From Candidatus Saccharimonadota bacterium (GTDB lineage Bacteria; Bacteroidota; Bacteroidia; Cytophagales; Amoebophilaceae), in the NCBI RefSeq assembly GCF_936981045.1, contig NZ_OW441264.1:990001-1022000 (forward strand): a DNA stretch of 32,000 nucleotides. The letters are read 5' to 3'. Below the pieces are notes generated by a model that saw only the letters and a program-made list of their open reading frames with translations, made no database searches and had not been told where the DNA came from. The position numbers were made by a program, and so were the translations under genes. Shown here one piece after another: positions 17,380 through 25,851 of the stretch (position 1 is its first letter; every line of letters begins with the position of its first letter).

Positions 17380-18709
17380 GGGTCTTTTGTTTTAAGTGTG
17401 TAAATATTTTTTAGGATTTATCTTTACTTAAATCATAACACTTAAAACAATGAAAAGAAAAGAGACAGTTAAAGATGGGATAAGCAAGGCCATAGATGTA
17501 CTGATAGAATCAGGTGTAGACCTTTCCAGACTTTTTGATCAAGACGGCTTACTCAAACAATTAAGTAAGCGTCTTGTAGAAAAAGCATTACAGTCAGAAA
17601 TGGATGACCATTTAGGTTATAATAAGTATGCACGTAGTGATTCAGAGAATGTACGTAATGGATTATGCAGTAAGCAAGTTATTACTGATAATGGCGTTAT
17701 ATCGGTTGAAGTACCCAGAGATAGAGCATCGACTTTTGAACCTATTTTATTGCCTAATCGTCAAACAAGAATTCCTGGTTTGGATGATAAGATCTTATCT
17801 TTATATGCTAAAGGTATGAGTCTGTCAGATATTCAGATTCAAATACAGGAATTATATGGCGCAGAAGTAAGTGAAAGCCTGATAAGTAACATCACAGACT
17901 CTGTTATTGAAGATGTTAAGATATGGCAAAATCGTCCCTTAGAATCAGTCTATTCTATTGTTTTTTTGATTGCTTTGTAGTTAAAGTTAGACAAGATAAG
18001 CGCATCATCAACAAGGCAGTCTATGTCGCTTTAGGTATAGATAGATCTGGCATAAAGGATGTTTTAGGGCTTTGGATGAGTGAAAATGAAGAGGCTAAAT
18101 TTTGGTTAGGCAATTTAACAGAACTCAAAAATCGGGGTATGAACGATATGCTCATTGCATGTACAGATAATTTGTCAGGCATGTCTGAGGCCATTGCTGC
18201 TGTATACCCAAAAACAGAACATCAGCTCTGTATTGTTCATGCAATTAGGGGTAGTTTGCAGTATGTTTCTTATAAACATAGAAAGGTATTAGTTGCTGAT
18301 TTAAAACCAATTTATACAGCAGTTACCGAGCAAGAAGCATTGATGGCCTTAGAAGCTTTTGCTACTAAGTGGAATCAACAATACCCACAAATAGCCCAAT
18401 CTTGGTATGCTAACTGGGATAATCTGATGGTATTTTTACAGTACCCTAATGCCATACGTAAGGTCATTTACACAACAAATGTTTGGAATCTGTAAATAGC
18501 CAATTTCGTAGAGTTACCAAAAATAAAAAAGTGTTCCCTAACGATCTAGCTGTTTTTAAAACATTATATCTAACTATTAACTACATGACTAGAAAATGGA
18601 CCACCTCTATTCATAACTGGAGCGAGACTATGGCACATTTTTTAATTAAATTTGAAAACAGAATTGAATAAAACCAAAAAAATAATTTACACACTTAAGT
18701 GGACAAAGC
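17380..18709 (+). mobile_element. IS256-family insertion sequence, copy 2 (1330 bp), inverted relative to copy 1
   Basis: Same IRs as copy 1: GGGTCTTTTGTTTTAAGTGTGTAAAT at 17380 and ..ACACACTTAAGTGGACAAAGCC ending at 18709. No flanking direct repeat. Confidence 0.85.
17450..18671 (+). pseudogene. IS256-family transposase with two frameshifts
   Basis: Shares the YTTN/ESVNS frameshift of copy 1. A second shift comes from a T7 run (17951..17957) where copy 1 has T8, which splits the ORF into 176 + 190 + 62 aa pieces. Confidence 0.85.
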
Positions 18710-19166
18710 CCAAATCCCTTCCCAAAAAGATCCACTAAAAATTCGAAGTGTTTTTTTCCCTCTAGTTGCAATAAGATCTTTGTTACATCATCCAACGCAC
18801 ATCCATTTCTTATAATCCTAAAGGAGTTTTCAACAAAGAGATCAACAATAGTAGAACCTAATCTCATCGGGTCGATGGCACCCAAAGTACCTCCATCAAA
18901 AACGGCATCCAAATCAGGCCAAAGTTGCTTAAATTCTTTGACATGTAAACAACTGGTTGCACTACTTTTATTGGCACTGGTTAACGCAATGGCTGCATTA
19001 CAAAATCGCACAACATGCATCATAAATGGGTGATCTGGCATGCGTATACCAATTAAATTTGTTTTGGAAATCAAATCTTTATTAATATATGGCCATGCTT
19101 CAAAAAGAAGCGTAACCGCCCCAGGAAGAAAATCGTTGAGCAAAGATGTAATAGGTGGGTTTACCC
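18710..19166 (-). pseudogene. YrdC/TsaC-family (threonylcarbamoyl-AMP synthase) gene fragment, truncated at both ends by IS elements
   Basis: LPGAVTLLFE...LIGIRMPDHPFMMHVV...AIALTSANKSSATS...FDGG...RLGSTIVDL...FRIIRNGCAL. The N-terminal ~60-70 residues of the domain are missing at the IS6 boundary (19167). The reading frame runs on into the IS256 terminus at 18709. Confidence 0.7.
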
Positions 19167-19999
19167 GGTTCTGTCGCGTTTATTCTAAAAAATGATTATT
19201 TTAGTATCGGTATTTAAAAAAGTAGTTATTATGTTTAATATTTCTCCCGAGTTATTACCATATTTTAAAGGTTATTGTTCTTCATCAGAAGTCATCCTGT
19301 TATTTGTATACATGAAGTGTCGTTTTTCCTTGAGCTATAGAGATTTGGAAGAGATGATGCGTATGAGAGGCGCAAGAGTTGATCATTCTACGCTACAGAG
19401 ATGGGTTATTAAGTTTGTTCCTCTGATAGATAAAGCAGTAAGAAAAAGAAAACGACCAATTGGTAGTAGTTGGAAAATGGATGAAACCTATGTTAAACTA
19501 AACGGGAAGTGGATCTATTTATATAGAGCAGTAGATCGTTATGGTGATACAGTTGACTTTTTTCTATCTGATCATAGAGACAAGTCTTCAACGCTTTCTT
19601 TTTTTCGAAAGGCGATCACAGAAAATAATATTCCTAAGAAAGTAGTAATTGACAAAAGCGGTAGTAATAAAGCTGCCCTTGATGCGATCAATACAGATCT
19701 TGATCAAGATCATACCATTCAAATATTGCAAAACAAATATTTGAATAATAGAGTTGAACAAGATCATAGGTTTATCAAAAAACGGATCAAACCTATGCTG
19801 GGTTTTAAGAATTTTTATTCTGCTTCCATTACTATTTCAGGGATAGAAAACATTCGTATGATTCAAAAAGGACAAGTAAGAGGAGCTAAAAATCATCTTT
19901 CTACTTTTGAGAACTTTGCTATTTTAATGGCCGCATAATATCCAAAATTTGACTTAAACGAAAAACCTATACTAAGAAAACTATAGACGCGACAGAACC
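19167..19999 (+). mobile_element. IS6-family insertion sequence, copy B (833 bp)
   Basis: Same IRs as copy A. Differs from copy A at a handful of positions (protein G/E, R/K, E/D). 8-bp flanks GTTTACCC and GAAAATAC do not match. Confidence 0.9.
19231..19938 (+). CDS. IS6-family DDE transposase
   Basis: Same protein as in copy A with 3 substitutions. Alternative upstream ATG at 19192. Confidence 0.9.
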   Translation: MFNISPELLPYFKGYCSSSEVILLFVYMKCRFSLSYRDLEEMMRMRGARVDHSTLQRWVIKFVPLIDKAVRKRKRPIGSSWKMDETYVKLNGKWIYLYRAVDRYGDTVDFFLSDHRDKSSTLSFFRKAITENNIPKKVVIDKSGSNKAALDAINTDLDQDHTIQILQNKYLNNRVEQDHRFIKKRIKPMLGFKNFYSASITISGIENIRMIQKGQVRGAKNHLSTFENFAILMAA

Positions 20000-20064
20000 G
20001 AAAATACCTATCATAGTCTCCATTTCCGAGTTAATATATTAAATAGTTTTTTATTACATTTTTT

Positions 20065-22128
20065 ATGTTGTCATTCCAAGTTTTGATCCTTATCCTTATA
20101 GCAGTCTCGTTTTTCTTACTGAGATCTTCTTATGCAAGAGAAAAATTAACCAAGCTTCAACCAAGTAACGCTGTAATAGGGTATACCGGTTTTTATGTTA
20201 TCCTCACTACTGCTATATTAAGTTACATAGGTAAAGGTCTTATCTATTGGTATACACTCCAATTTGCTGCAGCTATTTGGCTGATAGGTTATGCCATTGA
20301 TTCCAAGAAAGAAGTTCCATCTTGGGAAATTACTCGATTTTGGCTAATAGGTGCCTTGTTTTGCCTCCCCATAAATTTGCTTTGGCACTGGTGGCGTGTG
20401 ACCGATTATCCATTTTTATTAAAGTTGTCTTTAGCACATTTATCTGTAATCTTATTTGTATTTCCTTTGTCTTTAAGTATAATTATTCTGGCAATTGTGC
20501 TATCAGCCATTACTTATGTCTTTTGTTCTTTGGGTAATTTAATAGAATTAACAGATGAAATCATATCGCTATTTGGATTCAGCATATTGATTTTTACCAT
20601 GGTTATTTACGTTAAAGTCCAATTAACTGATTATAGAGCGCATAATCGCTACTTGGAAAGTAAGGAAAAGCTGAAACGAGGCAAAGCTTATCAATTAAAA
20701 TTAAAACAAACGATCCGCCATTTGCACATTCATGCTGTGGAGGGTTACTCAGAAAGGGATGCCACTTTTTTACGGAAAGTAGTGGAAGAGGTAATGGAGT
20801 CTCCTTTGTTTTTAGAAGATGAACCCCTGTATAAGGAAGCTTTCGACACTATTGTGGATAAGTTTGCCATGTGGTCTATCTTTTTAAAACAATATACTAA
20901 ATCTAAAGTGCATTTGTCGTTGTTGTCAACTGAAATTGCACTAAATGAACTGATCCAACAATTAGAAATTGCTTTAAATGATTCAGTTGAATCTCCTCCA
21001 AAGCTGATCATAGTGCAGAAAGAAGTTGATTTGAATGCTAAGATCGTATGTGATGTGGATCAGGTAATCCATTTATTAGTGGCTGTTATTTTGCATGCTG
21101 TTCACCTAGATCAAGGTGCATCTATACGCATTCAACTGTATACCACGAAGTTAAAATACCATAAATATGACTCCATTAAACAACAACATCCTCCAGAAAT
21201 AGCCTTTCCAGCTATAGCCTTAATGGTGAGTAATTCGGATACACCTTTGGCCACATTGCCTCCTATTAGTACACATTATGAGGATATTACAGAGGGCATA
21301 GAACTTGTAGGAGAAATGAACCAAGTAGGTACAGAACGGATAAATGTGCAGAAGCAACCCATAGACAGGATCGTTCGTGCCCACTATGGTCATGTACAGT
21401 TTGCCTCTTCCCAACACAAAGCCACCCTATTAGCATTGCCTTATAATGTAACGGTCATTCGTGATGAGATGATCACCAATTTAATTCCTTCAAATAGTTT
21501 TGCAAGCAAAAGTGAAATAGATGCTTCTATGGTAGTATTAAGGAAATTTAATGACTACGTTTGCAAAATGTGTGATGTCCGTATGGGTGTAATGGATGAA
21601 ATATTTCTGTTGATGAGGCGTTGTTATTCTTTTAGAAGGCATGCATCAGGCGAATTGTTCTATGTTCGTGCGGTAGGCATTGCTCGATTCGTAACAGATT
21701 GGGTAGCTTATGTTCCTGAACCAATCTATGCGGCTTTGCTCTATGATTTAGTTATCTATACCAACTTACCTCTTTCTTATATTAAAGCTAATTATAGCCT
21801 AGATATTTATTATTTTGTAGAGTCGCTTGTATCCATATATGACCGACGAGGGATGGAGCCATCTGGGCTCTATGTGGATAATCAGCGTGACAAGGTGGTG
21901 AACCGAGATGAGCTTTTTGTGCTTTGTATTAAATTGGCCGAACGGCTTTATGACTTACGTCATGCCTATGGTTATGTACATAAAGTGCAAGTATTAGATA
22001 TGGCCAAAGAAACCCTTACAGTAGATATTCTCTTGGCAAAGAGATATTTAGATAGTGACATAATAGAAGCATTGGAAACGGAAGCTCAAGAAGCATTGCG
22101 GATGTGCCTTGAAAAAAGGATAGGATAA
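20065..22128 (+). CDS. Multi-pass membrane protein with a degenerate histidine-kinase-like core and a degenerate RelA/SpoT-type HD-like C-terminal domain
   Basis: 687-aa intact ORF with six to seven hydrophobic helices in the first ~190 aa. Central region has HK-like blocks (FLRKVVEEVMESPL; DQVIHLLVAVILHAV; IVRAHYGHVQFASSQHKATLLALPY). C-terminal region has RHASGELFYVRAVGIARFV, AALLYDLVIYT and IKLAERLYDLRHAYGY. Domain calls were made by eye against remembered consensus. Confidence 0.5.
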   Translation: MLSFQVLILILIAVSFFLLRSSYAREKLTKLQPSNAVIGYTGFYVILTTAILSYIGKGLIYWYTLQFAAAIWLIGYAIDSKKEVPSWEITRFWLIGALFCLPINLLWHWWRVTDYPFLLKLSLAHLSVILFVFPLSLSIIILAIVLSAITYVFCSLGNLIELTDEIISLFGFSILIFTMVIYVKVQLTDYRAHNRYLESKEKLKRGKAYQLKLKQTIRHLHIHAVEGYSERDATFLRKVVEEVMESPLFLEDEPLYKEAFDTIVDKFAMWSIFLKQYTKSKVHLSLLSTEIALNELIQQLEIALNDSVESPPKLIIVQKEVDLNAKIVCDVDQVIHLLVAVILHAVHLDQGASIRIQLYTTKLKYHKYDSIKQQHPPEIAFPAIALMVSNSDTPLATLPPISTHYEDITEGIELVGEMNQVGTERINVQKQPIDRIVRAHYGHVQFASSQHKATLLALPYNVTVIRDEMITNLIPSNSFASKSEIDASMVVLRKFNDYVCKMCDVRMGVMDEIFLLMRRCYSFRRHASGELFYVRAVGIARFVTDWVAYVPEPIYAALLYDLVIYTNLPLSYIKANYSLDIYYFVESLVSIYDRRGMEPSGLYVDNQRDKVVNRDELFVLCIKLAERLYDLRHAYGYVHKVQVLDMAKETLTVDILLAKRYLDSDIIEALETEAQEALRMCLEKRIG

Positions 22129-22330
22129 AAGGCATTTATATGCTGCTGAAAGCACACCGGGAAGAATAGAAACCACTCTGCAGCTTCCACTTCAACTGTT
22201 TTTCTGTTCAGTTGTGAGCTCTACTTTCTGATCGAAACTTTTTACAAGCGACGGTTTTTTTCGTAGCATGGCCATATTGCTGAATAGATATATGGTAATC
22301 ACTGATCTTTATTGGCTAAATGGATAGACA

Positions 22331-22786
22331 TTAGTGGATCGTTTCTTCTAGTAAATAGGTTATAATAGCTTTGTTCACCAATGCTGGGTGCACCACAAAG
22401 CTTTTAACTGAATTGCCGCTTTTGACAGTAGATTGCGGATCTTTTGTAATCAATGGATGCCAGTTAGGTAATGCTTTTTTTTCTTTAACTAAGCGGTAGG
22501 CGCAACTTTTGGGCAGCCAAGTAATGCTCTCCACATTTGTAGGCTTTAACTGGATGCAATTATCTACATAACGAAATCGTTCTTTGTAGTTGGAGCATTG
22601 GCAGGTGGTGGTATTGAGTAGCCAGCAACAAATCTTTGTAGTGCGCACTTGTTGGGTTTCTGCTTCTTGTACTTTAAGCAAGCAACACTTACCACAGCCA
22701 TCACATAAAGACTCCCACTGTGACGGCGTCATTTTGTCTAGTGGTGTGTGCATCCAAAATGACTCTTTTTTATCGGTTGTGTCCAT
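22331..22786 (-). CDS. ycgN: UPF0260 / YcgN-family cysteine-cluster protein
   Basis: 151 aa. WESLCDGCGKCCL, TCQCSNYKERF, WLPKSCAYRL and LPNWHPL closely parallel E. coli YcgN. Confidence 0.85.
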   Translation of the reverse strand: MDTTDKKESFWMHTPLDKMTPSQWESLCDGCGKCCLLKVQEAETQQVRTTKICCWLLNTTTCQCSNYKERFRYVDNCIQLKPTNVESITWLPKSCAYRLVKEKKALPNWHPLITKDPQSTVKSGNSVKSFVVHPALVNKAIITYLLEETIH

Positions 22787-22792
22787 ATATCA

Positions 22793-25186
22793 TCAAAAAA
22801 TAGCTGGGTGGCGTAGCGGATCCACTTGATGCATCATCATATATATTTTACCTACTACTTCTTCTACGTTAGGTTTGGAAAAATAGTTTCCATCATCTCC
22901 ATAGGCGGGGCGATGGGGTTTGCTACTAATGGTGATGGGTGCTGCCTCCAGCAGTGCATAGCCATGTTGTGCTTCCAATACTTGTTGCATCATATAGGCG
23001 GTCGTACCGCCTGGCACATCTTCATCTGCAAAAACAATGTGGTTGGTTTTCGCTAATGATTTTACAATGCTATGATGTATATCAAAAGGTAATAACGTTT
23101 GTACATCCATTACTTCACATTCAATACCTAAAGAAGAAAGCCTATCTGCTGCTTCACAAATAATACGGCACATCGCACCATAGGTCACAATGGTAACATG
23201 TTTGCCTACACGAAGTAGTGCTGGTACACCTATAGGTATAGTCATTGTGGCCACATTACTAGGCATAGGCTCCTTTAAGCGGTAGCCGTTTAAACACTCA
23301 ATGATTAAAGCAATATCATCTGATTGCATCATCGTATTGTAGAAACCCGCTGCTTGTGTCATATTACGAGGCACTAGTAGGTATATACCCCTTATCACAT
23401 GCATAATACTTGCCATATAAGAACCAGCATGCCAAATACCTTCTAGGCGATGGCCTCTTGTCCGAATGATCATAGGTGCTTTTTGTCCTCCTTTTGTTCT
23501 ATAGTGTAGCGTTGCTAAATCATCTTGTATAATTTGTAGGGCATAGGGAAGATAATCTAAATACTGTATTTCAACGATAGGCCTCAGTCCACGCATCGCT
23601 GCACCAATCCCTTGACCAATCATAGTACATTCTCGAATGCTGGTATCTGTCACGCGTAGTTCCCCATATAGCGTTTGTAGACCTGCAAAACCTTGATTCA
23701 CATCACCTATTCCTAAATCTTGTCCAATAGCAAAAACGCGACCATCGCGCTCTAATAACGATTTAAAACAACTGCATAATATTTCCCTGCCATCTACCTG
23801 TGTCGGATTTTCTGCATAAATAGGCGGATTCCCTTTTACGCATAAGGCAGCACTTCTGGAGCTGCTATAAAGATGGCTGCTAAATCTTTTTTCATTGCTT
23901 CTTGTATTTTTATGCCACCAAGCGAGTATACCCTTTTTATGGACATAAGGTACTTCCCGTAAGACATAGAGGGCTTTAGTTGCAGCCTGGGTTACATCCA
24001 AGTGGCGGGGATATGGTAGGGTAACTAGTTCATGAATAATAGCTGGAAGCTCGTTATGGTCTGCTGCCTCTTTGGGCAATACGATATCGTTTAGCAAAGC
24101 AAGTAGCGTTTTTTTTTCTTGGTTATTTTCTTCTATTAATCTATTCCAGGCTGTTTGCTGCGCTATTTTTACTTTTTTATCTGCTTCTAAAGCAATTTTC
24201 TTTAGCATTTCCTGTGTGGCTACGCCATTTTCTACCATCCATGCTGCCATCTTGGGTAGGCAATCATATGCCTCTTCCCATCTTAATCGTTTTGTTGACT
24301 TATAGCGTTCGTGAGAGCCAGATGTAGAATGGCCTTGTGGTTGGGTAAGTTCTTTAACGTGAATCAGTACAGGAATATGTTCTGTTCTACAGATGGTTAC
24401 TGCTTGGTAGTAGGTGTTGCACAAGCCTAGATAGTCCCACCCCTTGGCAATAAATATTTCATAGCCAGGTTGTTGCTTCGTCCGTTTAAAGCCTGCTAAA
24501 ACGGTAGAAATATCTCCTTTGGTAGTATGATATTTTTTAGGAACAGAGATACCATATCCATCATCCCAAATAGAAATACACATGGGTACTTGTAATACCC
24601 CTCCTGCATTAATCGTTTCAAAAAACATACCCTCTGAGGTACTTGCATCACCAATGGTGCCAAAAGCAACTTCATTCCCTTTATTAGAGAAATTTTTTTG
24701 TATCTCTTGAAAAGCAGTAGTGCGATACAGTTTAGAAGCATAGGCTAGCCCCAATAATCTGGGCATTTGTGAAGCCGTACATGACAGGTCAGCTGAAACA
24801 TTTTTGCTGGTTAGTTGATTTAACCAATTGCCTTCGGTATCGATAAATCTAGTTGCAAAGTGGCTGTTCATCATTCTTCCCCCAGAAGCCGGGTCAGCCT
24901 CTATTGAGGCGTGTGCGTATAATTGAGCAAAGTATTGTTGCAAGGTTAAAGCACCAATCGAAAACATAAAAGTTTGGTCTCTATAGTAACCAGAACGCCA
25001 ATCTCCAGCTTGGAAATATTTGGCCATAGCCAGTTGCGTAACCTCTTTGCCATCTCCAAAAATCCCAAATTTAGCCTTTCCTGCAAAAACCTCTTTGCGT
25101 GCCAACAGGCTTGCTGCTCTGCTTTCGCAGGCGATCCGATAGTCATGCAGTATTTCGGTAGGCGTAATGGGTAAGGATTTTAACAT
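22793..25186 (-). CDS. Fused E1 alpha/beta thiamine-diphosphate-dependent 2-oxoacid dehydrogenase component
   Basis: About 800 aa. The N-terminal half is E1-alpha-like (GDASTSEGMFFETINAGGVLQVP), the middle is transketolase-pyrimidine-binding-like (RVTDTSIRECTMIGQGIGAAMRGLRPIVEIQYLDY), and the C-terminal part is a beta-subunit domain. Start placed at the ATG at 25186 (MLKSLPI). The track uses a TTG at 25204. Confidence 0.8.
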   Translation of the reverse strand: MLKSLPITPTEILHDYRIACESRAASLLARKEVFAGKAKFGIFGDGKEVTQLAMAKYFQAGDWRSGYYRDQTFMFSIGALTLQQYFAQLYAHASIEADPASGGRMMNSHFATRFIDTEGNWLNQLTSKNVSADLSCTASQMPRLLGLAYASKLYRTTAFQEIQKNFSNKGNEVAFGTIGDASTSEGMFFETINAGGVLQVPMCISIWDDGYGISVPKKYHTTKGDISTVLAGFKRTKQQPGYEIFIAKGWDYLGLCNTYYQAVTICRTEHIPVLIHVKELTQPQGHSTSGSHERYKSTKRLRWEEAYDCLPKMAAWMVENGVATQEMLKKIALEADKKVKIAQQTAWNRLIEENNQEKKTLLALLNDIVLPKEAADHNELPAIIHELVTLPYPRHLDVTQAATKALYVLREVPYVHKKGILAWWHKNTRSNEKRFSSHLYSSSRSAALCVKGNPPIYAENPTQVDGREILCSCFKSLLERDGRVFAIGQDLGIGDVNQGFAGLQTLYGELRVTDTSIRECTMIGQGIGAAMRGLRPIVEIQYLDYLPYALQIIQDDLATLHYRTKGGQKAPMIIRTRGHRLEGIWHAGSYMASIMHVIRGIYLLVPRNMTQAAGFYNTMMQSDDIALIIECLNGYRLKEPMPSNVATMTIPIGVPALLRVGKHVTIVTYGAMCRIICEAADRLSSLGIECEVMDVQTLLPFDIHHSIVKSLAKTNHIVFADEDVPGGTTAYMMQQVLEAQHGYALLEAAPITISSKPHRPAYGDDGNYFSKPNVEEVVGKIYMMMHQVDPLRHPAIF

Positions 25187-25518
25187 ATGTTTTTTATAAT
25201 ACAAGTAGCTACACTAAATTATAAATTATCTGTTTAATATGTACACTTAAATGCTTTTTAAGGCATTGCTATGGCCATTGCATAGTAGTCACAGTATAAA
25301 ATGGTTTAGATAGGTATGGCAGTAATGTATGGTGGATGGATACTGACTAATTGTCAGTACAGGTCCACGTATACTTTGCATATTCAAGATATGAATCTGT
25401 TTGGCATGAAATCTGCTGTAATGCAGATCAAGGTTAAAGGCTGTGCGGCCAAGTGATGGTCTGGTGCATACTTTAATTTAGATTTATACGATCAACCATT
25501 GTTATAAAAATATAAGTT

Positions 25519-25797
25519 ATGAGCAAAGTTCATATAAAACCATTAGCTGATAGGGTTCTAGTAGAGCCTGCAGAAGCTGAAGAAAAGACAGTAGGCGGGA
25601 TTATTATTCCTGACAGTGCTAAAGAAAAACCTCAAAAAGGAGAAGTTATTGCAGTAGGTCCAGGGAAGAAAGATGAACCTATGACCGTTAAAGTAGGGGA
25701 TAAGGTGCTTTATGGGAAATATAGTGGTACGGAGTTACATGTAGATGGTAAGCTCTGCCTTATTATGAAAGAATCCGATATTTATGCCATTGCTTAA
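25519..25797 (+). CDS. groES: Co-chaperonin GroES
   Basis: 92 aa. [44 protein letters not shown]. Confidence 0.97.
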   Translation: MSKVHIKPLADRVLVEPAEAEEKTVGGIIIPDSAKEKPQKGEVIAVGPGKKDEPMTVKVGDKVLYGKYSGTELHVDGKLCLIMKESDIYAIA

Positions 25798-25851
25798 TAG
25801 TATGGCAGTAGTGAATCAGATCCTTATAACTTTATAATAAAATAATGTACT

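Noticed and set aside
10283-19999. IS6 copies A and B as a composite transposon or translocatable unit carrying dnaG
   Set aside because: The two copies are direct repeats, but there is no 8-bp duplication at the outer ends. The cargo is an essential primase plus IS debris. Nothing supports mobility, and independent insertion or recombination is more likely.
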